Positions 24,801 through 36,585 of a DNA stretch of 64,000 bases are shown one piece after another. Origin of the DNA: Botryllus schlosseri. Taxonomy: Eukaryota. Position 1 is the stretch's first letter; every line of letters starts with the position of its first letter. The position numbers were made by a program, and so were the translations under genes. The DNA is taken from positions 20,212,001-20,276,000 of the forward strand of contig CM119374.1 of assembly GCA_051294905.1 (NCBI GenBank), in the 5' to 3' direction. Below the pieces are notes generated by a model. That model made no database searches. It was not told the origin of the DNA and saw nothing but the letters and a program-made list of their open reading frames with translations.

Positions 24801-27800
24801 GATTAGAACGAGATTACCTACATTTCCCTGTAATTAGTCTGCGTTAGAGGTAATAAGTCTCAAGGTAAGTTGCTTTGAACTGCTACAATACGCATTATGC
24901 ATGGCTATTGGCAGCTCCAGCAATTAATTCCAAGTGTATCGTTGCGGCGGCAATGACAGCATTTAGTGATAACAAAGCGCATTTTCACTCAAAAGCACGC
25001 AGAGCCCGAAGAGACATTTCCCCGCAGCATATTACACAATAGCAGCTGCGATGAGGCAATACTATGAATGTAATCAGCCAGCCAAGATATCTGCAAAAGA
25101 ATACGACAGCGATTCTCTCGTTTGTCAAATCGAGAGAGCGTGTACCACAGAACTCGTGAATTTATACGAGAGTGGTAGCGGTGTTTCTCCCAGCAGAGTG
25201 GCGCAGCGGAAGCGTGCTGGGCCCATAACCCAGAGGTCGATGGATCGAAACCATCCTCTGCTACATTAGCCTCGATGGCGCAGTAGGCAGCGCGTGAGTC
25301 TCATAATCTCAAGGTCGTGAGTTCGATCCTCACTCGGGGCACACTTTTTGCCTTGTTACAGTTTGAGATTATCGCGGTTTGTTGATGATTTCATCATTTC
25401 GAAACACCGATAATATGAAATGACAGGAAGGAGTCATTCAATCAAACTCCATACTTCTACACAAAATGAGCTCCTCTTAACGATTAGTCGATTTCCCGTG
25501 ACGAGTGTCAGCCGAAAATATTCGGGTTTATTTCAATATGAATAATGAATATATCATTCAATTGTATATTGAAGAATTATACCGTAAAGAGTCTTCGGCA
25601 ACAGCAGCGTTAAAAGCCGTTAAAACACCATTTTCACACACAACAGAAATATTATTTTGTGACTCTGCTGTATGAGGAAGATCACTAGGCTGTGTGTCTT
25701 GAGCTCTTGACCTCCGCCGAACCTGACTCAGTGAATTTTGGAGCTCATTTGGACCCTGATTAAGAAACACTGGCCTGGAACATGTAGATAAGCGGCTTTT
25801 ACACCGAGTTGAATGTAACAGCAGATAACTGAAAAAGAATCCGCGATGAGAACGACGTGTGTACGTCTCTATAGATGAAATAGATATGTCAGATCGTGGT
25901 CCGGTATAATCTCCGGCGCAATCTAGCATTCCTTCATGCAGTGGAATCTGCTTGCATTTCAGATCTGTTCCTGCGACTCGGGCCGACAGCGACCGTCATC
26001 ATCTTGTTGGCGATGTCAATCCTGATGGCGTGCTTGTGCGCTTGCGGTTATAACCGAGCCGTCCAAAAGTAGGCTCTCTTTTTCAATTAACATATCCGAA
26101 ATTATTTCTATTTCCATGCATTCTAGATATCACGCGTCTGGTACGAACGATTACGTCAAACTTCGGCAAGAGCAAAGCGTTAATTCCCCGCGCGAACAAG
26201 CCCGCGCGCGAACTCCGTTAAAAAGCAATCCGCCATCCGATGACAAAAAGTCAGGCGGCACCGCCACATCGTGGTTTTGGTCCAAGCGTAAACCCGACAG
26301 TAATAACACGACCCCTTCGGTCAGCGCAGGCATACAAGAAAAATTTGCCACGTACAGCAAGGCCGTCGGTAAATTTCTCAGTTCGGTGCGCGGGGGCGAC
26401 GAAGCCGAAAATCAAACGCTGTTGAGCGACAGCGATGATGATGAGGGCGGTTCTAAATTCTTGGGTATCGGGGAAAAGATCAAAAAGACAGGCAGCGGGT
26501 TTCTGGAGCAGGTTAAGAGCAACGAGAGGTTTCAGAGGTTCAAGACCAGAATACGCAAGAGTCCGTACTTTTTTGGCGGGAAAAACGAGGCGGAAACTAT
26601 GGAGGAAGGGTGAGAATTGAGCAGCGATGTTGCTAATGTGTATTTGATCGATCTGCTGTATTCTGCAGAGGTGGTCAGTAGCATGATACTTCGGCATTTT
26701 CGGAGTACTTAAATAGATCTCGTATACTTGCATTGCCTACTCAAGAGTATGATTTTAGACCTCTTTAAGAGTTTTCAGTTTTTCAGACAAAAATGCGCCT
26801 GGAATACAATAGCATGCGATGTAGGATAGAGGGTTTAGAAGGTGTAAATTAAGCTATAAAAACTAACGCTTAAGACAGACATTGAGGGGAGTGGACCAGG
26901 TGCTTGCATTCCAACGTCAATGGCGCGCACAACTCTGGATAGTGTTTCCAAGTCAGCTGGATTCTGAGGGACGACGGGTGTATTAGATTATAGGTACACG
27001 GGAATGGAGATGACACGCAGGGTATCCTCATTTACCAATCTTCACAGCTCTTCCATTTAGTTTTGCCGCTGCTTTATTTGAGGAAATCATGTATCATTGT
27101 CAGTCTTATCCATATGCCCTGGCATGTCCGCGTTAGGGTGACAATCATGATTATATATATCACCACAAGCAGACTTCCGCATCCTTCAATAGCGACTGTT
27201 TCATTTGCAGACGATACGCAATGGGCAACACGAACGTAGGCTGGTCAGAATTGATATGCGAACGACTGCTTCAATGCGTGACAGTACTCCTTTGTCCGTT
27301 CACGTACATTTACCACTACACGCGCGATTGCTACGGCGCGTGGCGTCGAGGCAAGGACGCGGAAAGGCTCGACAAGAAGAACGCTAACCCGCGAGAGTTC
27401 ATGCCCAGCAGGGGGCCGCTTACTTCGACTTCGAGCAGCGACGACAGCTCTTCCGACGAGGTCAATGTTTACAGGAAGGAGAGCGAGAGAAAAGGAAAAA
27501 GCGTTTCGTTTTCTCTTGGACATGATCGCACCAATGAAAATAAAACTAAGGTACAGAGCTCGAAAGAAGGCAAAAGTACAGGAGACAAGACCGCGACGGG
27601 ACAACAGAAAAAGGCGCGGGAACGGGTCACTCCGAAAACGGATATTAGCGGCAGGTTCAACAGCGCGCATCCAATCAAAATCTTCCGGGACTCGGGTCAA
27701 GGGAGCTCGTACGGCGGAAACAGGGATAGAGTGATATATCCGTCTTGCGGTACGTCTGCTTCCGTTCGGGACCAGAGCGGAAGTGATTTGAGTCGCCGGG

Positions 27801-30800
27801 AATCGCAAAACACCGAGCAAGACGAGCATCCACCATGCGCAGTAAGTATAATTGCCTTTTTCGGAACTGGAAGTATCATTGCAACGACGATTGCTTTGAC
27901 CATCTTTGACATAAAATTTTATATTTAGGTTCCTATGCGTCCATGCACTCCAACAAACACCAGGAATTCGAGAGAGCCACCTTCTGACGTGCATTGTCTT
28001 CCGCCACTCCCGAACCAGCGTTATAATCGACGCGGTCTTCATATCGAGTCAAGGCCAGGCGGCAAAATACCACCTCCAACACGTTCGGAATCGAGGAGCT
28101 TGGAACGACCTGCACTACCCCCTCATCTGGCCCCTAGAATGTCGCGAACACCGCCTCCTATAAGAACGCCAAGGTCTTCGTCTTCCTCAGAAGCCATCCA
28201 GCATCTGAGATTGCCCGGTAGCTCCACAAGTTCAACCGGTTCAACTACATCTTCCGATGGTTCCAGAAATTCCAGCTCTACGCAGCATGTGGGAGACGCA
28301 AGGTGAGTATGATTTTATGCATATAAATGTACAATTGAATAATGCATTCATATTGAAATAAACAGGAATATTTTGGCAGGTAGACAGGTACGAGTATAAT
28401 CGTCAGCAACTAGTAATGAATTCAAAAGACCTTTTAATATCGACAGTCTCTCAAATTCTTTACTAGTTGCTGACGATTACCCTTGAACGAGTGTAAACCA
28501 AAAATATTCTGGTTTATTTTGATATGAATATATTATTCAATTGTATTATGCAGTTCTGTACCTCCAAGGGTCTTTTCAATAACATCGATGTATGCCTTGT
28601 TTTTAATTAACAAGACTTTAAATTTTAACAGCGCTCACTCCGACAAGTCCGCTCTGGAGCGAACGAAGGAATACTTCAAGCGAGAGAACAAGCACATGAA
28701 CGACCTGCTACGAGTGTGGGAAGCCAAAACGAGACCGCGGAAAATGGTGATAGAGGAAGGCAGAGGAAGATCGCGCTCTCGGATGTGGCTCTCACATCAA
28801 AGAAGCAGGCGCCGACTGCTGTGCCTGCAGCAAGAGAACCAATTTGGGAACAGCTCGGCCTCCAACGGTGAGAGAATAACATCGTCTCTCGTAGTAGGAG
28901 AGTTTGATGGCCCCTTTCCCTTCTAATTCACAGCGAGCGCGGCTGACTTCGAATCTCACGCTTCTCAAGACAGTCCGAGGTCTGTTCTAGCGGATGTGCC
29001 GCAGCCGATTCTCACTTTAGGAAACAGGTATTAGTTATTGACGACATTACGGAAGTGTGTTTGTGTACCTAATGCGTTTCTTTGACGTTTATCGCAGGTT
29101 GCCAAGGCCAAGAGCGCACCAAGTTTCACAAGCGTCCAACGCGGGCGAGATATCCTCGCATGGAGCGTCGGTTACAAGTCAGCTGCCAAAGCCTATTCGG
29201 TAATTTCAACTTTTATGGTTTTAGAACTAGTGTGTGTGCCGTTTATCGGAGAGGTCAGGTATATTGTTATTAAGTGATTGCTAAGTTTGCGCTAAGCCGG
29301 CAGTTTTCGTTCTTCCTTCGTTGGTGAAACTGGTTTTCCCGACATTTCAGCATGTGACTTTATAGCCTGAAACTTACCCTTAAATTAACTCGAACCCTTA
29401 CGCTAATTCGGCCATCATGCTCAAGTGTCGCATGTCTCAATACCATATGCTGATATGTCTACGGCTGGTGACACTACATTACTGGTCCAGCAGGAGACCT
29501 AAACGCAAGGGCTTCGTTTCACCCTTCATTGACATCAGATTAAAGTTTTAGTCGCGCACATGATATGCAGTAGTAATTAACATCTCTCCAATCATGATAT
29601 ATATTATTTCAAGCTCAAAAAGTCGGGAACACAGGCCTCGAAGCGGCGTACCTCAAAACGCTCTCTCCGACAAAGCGAGTAAATCATTAAGCCGAGAAGA
29701 GGATGAAGCAGAAAATTACTGCATGGAATCCGACCATTCTGACGTCAGCATCTCGTCGATATCGTCACGCTCGTCCGATCACGTCGGAGATGGAAAATCA
29801 TCAGTCAGCCTTTCGCTCTCAAACAGTGTTACATCATTTGTGCAACCGCGGAATGAGGGCGCAGCCTCTCCGCCAAGTGTCGATAGCGGCTTGGTTAATC
29901 AGGTGGATACCACTGCCGAATACAAGAAAGATTTTAGACACGAAGAAAATATACAATGTCAGAAATTGAATCGCAGTAACGCGGAAAGAGACATCAAAAA
30001 AAATATCAGACCCAATTTATCCAACACCCCATCGGTTATGTCACATTCATCCGTAAATCAAGCGATTCTTCAGTCACCAGTTAGTGAAACTCACGTTAGT
30101 GATGTGCACAAAGATGTTGACACGCTTCAAAATGGTAACGCCGCACAAATCTCAACTGTTGCGGCTGACGCAAGTTTAGAGGCCATCTCTCTACAACCAA
30201 ATAGTCCAATCTCGAAAATCGACGACGTGCCGAGTTCTCCGCAATCGCCAGGCGGAAAGGAATTCGTTGGCGAGAATCCAGTCAAACGCACGCCGTCATA
30301 CTGCCCGCCAGTGCCGATACGAACTACCTCACTTCATTCGCAGTCGTCGGGAAAATATAACATAACGCCACCGCGTTCTGTAGCTATTGAGATTCCGGAT
30401 GTTATGGAGACAGTGTCAGAGATTTATGGGAATGATACAGTACGCGCGCTGGGTAGATCGACGCCTGGTGTATTAGTCGAATGCTCTTCTGATACGTCAG
30501 GGCGCGACGCTAATGTTGATTCTAACGGAGCTAAAGCCGCATCAGAATGCATTGAGAAAATAACTTCTCGAAGTAAAATCCCGAATGTGAGCAGCAGCGC
30601 CGTGATACCAGGAAAGTCCGTTGAAGCCCGGCAAGATTCAGTGCAGCAAACGGCCTCACGAAAACCAGCCAGTCGTTTCGCGGACAGCGCTCTGAGAAAG
30701 CCGAAGTCTTTTCACATAAACTCAGCGTCATCAAGGCATGCAGTCATGGTACCGTCTGGACTCACAGTCGAAAACGAATGCTCGCGGCCCAGACTAACCC

Positions 30801-31327
30801 GTGATGTAATAGTTAATCGGCAGTCACGTGACCTCGTTTATTCGGATAAAGGCGGAAAATTGAATATGACCGATGATAATAATAACCCTCCCACACGCGA
30901 CTCTTGTAAGGTTGTGTCGAAACTGAGTGAGTATGGCGATATTGCGGTTGAAAAAAATGCCGGATCTCAACTTGATCGTGAGGAATTATCAACACCCCCC
31001 AGTTCGCCGTTATCAGTGATTGTACCGCCGCTGGATTTCACTGATTCCGAGTCCAGCAACGGCGATAACGAATACTTATCGCTACCCAACTCGCCGTGTC
31101 TCCACCCGGACGAAACCGACTTGATATCGACAATGGACGATTTTAACGCGCCGGCCAGCCCGCGATTTTACACGCTGCACCCGAATACGTTTAAAAAACA
31201 TCCGCCCGATCGACCCACGCCTAGGACGGCGCTGCGGTCCGCGACGGACAAGTTTTTTTACGAGGACGACTACGAGTCGTTCTCTTCTAGCGATGACAAC
31301 GATGAATTCTGGAAGGTGAACGTGTGA
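21849..31327 (+). CDS. Uncharacterised type-I single-pass membrane protein (signal peptide, ~280-aa ectodomain, TM, ~1200-aa Ser/Pro-rich tail), 12 exons, up to 1536 aa
   Basis: Exons 21849-21936, 22146-22368, 22426-22595, 24099-24488, 25963-26068, 26127-26609, 27211-27841, 27929-28302, 28632-28867, 28934-29027, 29098-29199 and 29614-31327. All 11 introns are GT-AG and in phase (4611 nt). Signal peptide MLSVKLVALAVFIANAVST; TM TATVIILLAMSILMACLCACGY. It could instead be two genes split at 26613/27221. Confidence 0.72.
25269..25341 (+). tRNA. trnM-CAT: tRNA-Met (CAT), elongator type
   Basis: 73-nt cloverleaf with acceptor GCCTCGA/TCGGGGC+A, anticodon loop CT-CAT-AA and T arm GTGAG-TTCGATC-CTCAC, plus internal A and B boxes. 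Closely resembles eukaryotic elongator tRNA-Met. Confidence 0.96.
25345..25349 (+). terminator. RNA polymerase III terminator (T5) of tRNA-Met
   Basis: TTTTT lies 3 nt after the discriminator base. Confidence 0.75.
28330..28545. mobile_element. Foldback MITE family L in intron 8 of the orphan gene
   Basis: Inverted arms TACAATTGAATA..TTCATATTGAAATAAAC..AATCGTCAGCAACTAGTAA. Related copies at 52481-52631 and, as a half copy, about 25490-25620. Confidence 0.7.
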
Positions 31328-31472
31328 GGTTTACAATCTCGGTGTGAGCGTTGGGCTGTGCAATATTTTATTCGGTCGCTGTGATTTCTCAGGCTGAGCC
31401 TTCTTTTTTGCCTTTTACTTTTATAATAAATTTTGTCTAACAACGATAAGGGCGTTGACAGCACGTGTGTAG

Positions 31473-31961
31473 CAGTGATGAGCATCGGAGTGGATTCGGA
31501 GCGGCGTTTTGCCGATTTTGTGACAGTCGGAGCGGAGTCGGAGTTTACTACAGATATTTTTTCGGATGATTTCGGAGTATTGTAACTTTTGTCTCCGATA
31601 TCTTTGGATATAGCTCTTACCAGAATACACTATTGATTATGATTACAAACCAAAACTCAGACAGTTGACCCCCTTGTAAAGTTGTAATATGACGGGTAAC
31701 ATGCAAAAATGATTGCTAAGTGCATAAAAATCAGCCACCTGCACTGCAATTGGAGACGGGAGAGTAAACAATACGATAAGGCCAACCGTATTATCATATG
31801 TACCATGTGTACCATGTACCATGCTTGCCACTGTTTCGGATACTTGACGAGATTCATCGGAGTCTGGGATTGAGCTCTTCGGAGTCGGAGGGAGTTTTCC
31901 TCAGGCACTAAAGTTGTCGGAGGGATTCGGAGTCTCGAAAAGCACTATCCGCTCATCACTG
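31473..31961. mobile_element. hAT MITE family O
   Basis: Perfect 11-bp TIR CAGTGATGAGC/GCTCATCACTG, perfect TSD GTGTGTAG, and CGGAGT repeats. Confidence 0.9.
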
Positions 31962-32731
31962 GTGTGTAGCCGTTCGTTCGTTGATTCATCCAACTGTCAA
32001 GAGAGGATGGGTACTACCCTCCCGGTTTTACTGTATCGAGTTTATAGTCAGCGAGCAGTTCGACCGAGAGAAAATAAATATATTGATATCGATAGGCCAA
32101 ATATGTGTATAATTCGTTGGTGCAGCCGCACCGATGACTCTTGCTTATGGTGAATTCCATACTATTGGCGCCACAGACTAAATATACCTATTGAAACAAT
32201 CTGGACTTTGTACTTGATTTGTTTTTGCCGGATGGCGTGATGGGAGTTCATGCGGTATAACTTCATCATCATGTGACCTCTGTGATATGAAAGCCGACAC
32301 GCAGAAATCATACGCAGATCCTATTCGGTTTCTGTTGTATCGCTATGTTGGTAGAGTAGTTATACTAATATTTACACAGTGACACGCGTGCTCGACGTCA
32401 ATGTTCGCGACACTGCGACTACCTCTAGCCTGCCAGGCGATTTATCCGTACGATTGTCTGATATATTATATACGTTTGCACTGTAATCATCCGATGCCTG
32501 ATCACAGTGCTCAGTTTTTATTGAGGTCTACATGAATCTGTCAATATGCATTTCCGCAGTCATACGAGATTAGGATAGGCACCAGACAGGTATTTGTGAT
32601 TGAGCGGTGATAGGACTTAGGGTTATATCCACAATTGCTGTTCCACGACAGCAAAACTGTGGCATAGGAGACTACAGAATGTTCGATAAAAAGGGAGATG
32701 CAGATTCATTCATTCCGCACTGCACGTCATC

Positions 32732-35700
32732 ATGATATTCCGGGTAAAAATTGTTGTTAATGTCTCTTTCAGCCTAGGTTTGATCATGAATTTGTATTCG
32801 GGTCTGCTCTACCTAGTCTGTTTTGGTGCGGTGAGCTATATATCGGTGGAAGGAGGATTCTTCGATGTTTCATACAGGAATGTCGAACGGTTGCACGGAC
32901 TTTCAGATCACGTGTGGTTCCTGCTTTGGAACAGATTTCACTTTTGTTTCTTGACCATACCGGTTGTACTTTGTTGTCGGGGATTGTGGAAAGCTTTGCG
33001 CCAAAAGATAACGATACTGGATTTTCACTTCCTGGTTGTATTTTCGGGACTTACATTCATGGAGGTGGTCGGCACCTACCTGATATATGTCAGCTATTTT
33101 CAAAACTTACCAGAGAACGAGTTTCTTAAGAAAGTGTTGAGGATTAAAGCGTACACAGACTGGGCGACTTTGCCGATGCTGGCCTGGGTGATAGCATGGA
33201 GCAGGCATGTCAGACGAGGACGGTAAGTTATAATTTACACAATGATAAACATGATAACCACAAACCTAGTGTGAAAAGATGGTATTCCTTCCAATATGGC
33301 AGTTTTTAGAAAGAGGTAGCACCAATGCTACGCATGTATAGAGGAACTGATTTAACAATTGGCGTTGACACGAGTAGTAGAAGTAAGCGATATCCAAAAC
33401 TACTTCGAATATGAAAGGAATCATTTATTTATTCAATAATAAGATCATTTGCTTGACAAGGAGGTTAATAATAGGGATGGTGTGAACGTGAGGTTCACGT
33501 TCGCGTTCTGTGTGTGAACCTCGGAAATTTAGAGGTTCGTGTTCACAACAGAACCTTGGTAGGTTCTGCACTGTGAACCTTTTGGTAAATTGTAATTTTC
33601 ACTCCATTATAAGATCTTTGGCTCAAATTTATTGCATTTCAACTGCGGGCCACTCCATGCATGGTGCTGGCAGCATAAGAAATCAACGCTTAACGAGCAT
33701 GCACCATGCACCTCGACAACCTTAAAAGTTTTAGTTGCTTTGTTGCAAAAATTTTCTCGGAATGACCAGCTTTCCCTTTGTGAATATTTAGTGACTATCT
33801 GCTGTGAGCTTGACCCGCAATCACACAACATCACGAGCGATGTACGTAGTCAGCGAATGATGCTTATTCAACCAATCAATGACATTGATATCGGCTTCTG
33901 ATGTAAAAACTCGAACGGGCGTACGGGGTCAATCTTTACTTCATATCTTTACTGTATCATTAAAACCAAATCCGAGCGATTAAACTGCTTGCTACTGCTG
34001 CATAACTTGTTGTTGTTTGTGGTATCGGTAGCGAGTATTGATACCCGTTGTACACTCTGCTCAATATCAATGTAGCAATACTCAGACTCCGAACACATTG
34101 TCCGGTCTGGCTAAGACCGTTAAGGCGTAAACTTATATTCCTTGGTAAGTCCTCGTCGAAATTGTTGACAAAGCGACGGAATGTATTGATTTTACGCAAT
34201 TATTATATCCTTTGATTACCGCTGTTGATACATTTAGCGACGTTTAGAACGCCGATATGTACTTCAGCATTATGGCATTATGTGAACCGAGTCTTCACTA
34301 CGTATCGTGTACATTAATATAGGCTATCACCTCATTGGAAGATAGGATTGGAATTAGCAATATGACGTCACGTGACGTCACGAGGTTCACGTTCGTGTTC
34401 ACACAGAACCTTTCAAAAAGGTTCGCGTTCACACGAACCTGAACCTTCCAGAGGTTCACACCATCCCTAGTTAATAACGACACAAATGCTCTTCCATGAC
34501 TATTGAAGCTTCAACGTGTAGCCCTATAAGCAGGCCGTGTTATTTTTGGCATATGCCAAAACTGCCAAAAATAACTTATTTTTGGCATTTTTCGATTTTT
34601 ATTTTTGGCAGTTTTGGCATCGTCCTCTAAATAGATAGTTTCAGCCTCGAAGTAGTCACAAAAACGCTTTATTTGGGCTAGTTTGTCGAAAGACACCACA
34701 AAATGTGCAGCATCCACGTATAATCAGTGCCACCAAACAATAAGAAGAAAATACCTAACGATTTCATAGGTTAATATTATCAAACGAAACCACAAAATAT
34801 GCAGTATCCATCGGAATCGGTGCCAATAAGCACAAAAAGAAAGAAAAGCCTAACAAACACGCTCAACAGCTGATTGTTACAGCTGTTGAATAGACTTGAA
34901 TCGTTTCCACTGTAACAGTGCTTCCAAACTCTGGTCAGCTATAGGTTTCTCCTAAATTCATTTCTCGCCCAGCGAATCTGGGAAATATCGGCTTCAACAG
35001 TAGCCGTTGAGGGAAAGAATGTTGCCAGTCATCCACAAAAGGCTTTCAGAGCTTCGAAATCTTTGGAGGGCCGAACCGGCTTCTATGCAGATTGAAAAGA
35101 GATCACTTCGCCAGTGCCATCGATCTAATTGCGGAAAGAATTTTCTTCCCGATACTTTTCCAGGAGTTTCGTGTGTTGTCTCTCAACAAATTCTATTTAG
35201 TAGCCCGACTATCATTTTTCCTTCAGTCTACCGATATATTTTCGGAGGACTTTTGTCACTTCAGGTGGCTTTAATATTACCAACTCGCATGGAAGAGTCC
35301 TAGGAAGGTTAGCTTGTTTAAATATATTGACGCAACAAGACTGTCTGGCAAAACGAGACTATGCAGCTCAGAAATAGCCAGACAGTTTGTTGCGTCACAA
35401 TGTTCAACTCGATCACAATGCAAAAATCGTGGTTGATTTTGGGGGTTCCAGTTCCATGAGCAGAATATAATTTATATTTTAATAATCAGTACTGCGGCAG
35501 CTTCTCATTGATACCCGTTTTATCAAATTTAGCGCTCGACAAGCCGGTCAAAAATTGTCGTAAAATTGCCTTTGGACAAATGGAAAGTATGACGTAAACC
35601 AAATGCAGTCAGCCGTTCAATCTCACTGTGCCCACACCATTTAGGACACCATGCTTTCACCCCTGATGGGTGGGCTGGGCCCAGATTAAGAAACCTGCCT

Positions 35701-36585
35701 TTCACAAACGCTCTTCTCGCTTGTGACGCGGTCCTGTTAACACAACACCATGAACGAAATACACTATTTGGCAGATCGTGTTATTTTTGGCATATGCCAA
35801 AAATTGCTTATTTTTGGCATTTTCAAATTTTTATTTTTGGCAGTTTTGGCATCTGGCTGCTGAAATGCCAAAAATAACACGGCCTGCCTATAAGGTACTG
35901 CTAATGTAGTGATTTATTTGATTACGACGATTTTAGACACGAAAATGATACAAATATATTTTAAAACTGATTTTTAAGTGACAAATTTTAAGTTGAGTAG
36001 TTTGGATACAAGTTTTGATAGAGGACAACCTCCATAGCCAGTTAGTGTTAAGTGAACGCTTATAAAGGCAAACAATGAAACACACTATACCCTACAAAGG
36101 ACTTGTAAACCAAATATCACACAGTACATATATTGTGGTTTTTGCACTGAAGCTGCACGTAATTGGGTTTCCAATGGACTCGTATTTTCTCGAAGCTGCT
36201 GTCCACGATATTCAATTTTCATTGCTTTTGTTTCAGGTACCTACGAAGAAATATAATAGTCTTCGCCATCGCAGTAGCATCATTCTTCTTGACAATCATC
36301 CACTCGACTATGTACGCGTTTCTCATCACTGTTACCGGATTGTTGTCAAACATAGCCATTTACGAATTTTACAAAATTCACTACTTTCGATCGCGAGTGA
36401 GAGTAATGTTTTGGACGGCGCTACTCGCGAACATTTTGTTTTGTTCAACAAGCCTACTCGGGTCACTTGCGTCATGCGGATGGACCTTAATTTACGTGAA
36501 TACTATTTCGTTGATGATCATGAGCTCTGCGCTATCTATTATGTTCGTAAAAGTCCTCGAAGAGGTTAATCAGCATAAACTTTAG
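32732..36585 (+). CDS. TMEM187: TMEM187-like multipass membrane protein, 2 coding exons, 279 aa (start may instead be 32786)
   Basis: Exons 32732-33222 and 36237-36585 join in phase 2 (CG|G). About 7-8 hydrophobic segments. TDWATLPMLAWVIAWSRHVRRG matches the remembered human TMEM187 segment LDQWLTLPIFAWPVAWCLYLDRG, and GFFD and ASFFLTIIH also align. Confidence 0.7.
33472..34469. mobile_element. hAT non-autonomous element family E (998 bp)
   Basis: TIR TAGGGATGGTGTGAAC/GTTCACACCATCCCTA, perfect TSD GTTAATAA, GTGAAC/GTTCAC subterminal repeats, and palindrome TGACGTCACGTGACGTCA. Confidence 0.92.
34531..35886 (-). mobile_element. Internally deleted hAT element family M with transposase remnant
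   Basis: Perfect 22-bp TIR CAGGCCGTGTTATTTTTGGCAT and perfect TSD CCTATAAG. The minus-strand remnant (about 34880-35075) reads FEALKAFCG*LATFFPSTATVEADISQIRWARNEFRRNL/ADQSLEALLQW, a hAT dimerisation-domain motif. Confidence 0.88.

Noticed and set aside
27245-28042. 265-aa minus-strand ORF (and 26251-26733, 160 aa)
   Set aside because: These are antisense shadows of GC-richer plus-strand exons 6-8 of the orphan gene, with no independent splice or homology support.
33960-34199. 79-aa ORF inside family E read as a possible BED-finger/transposase start
   Set aside because: The frame is broken in the other E copies and has no convincing C/H pattern.
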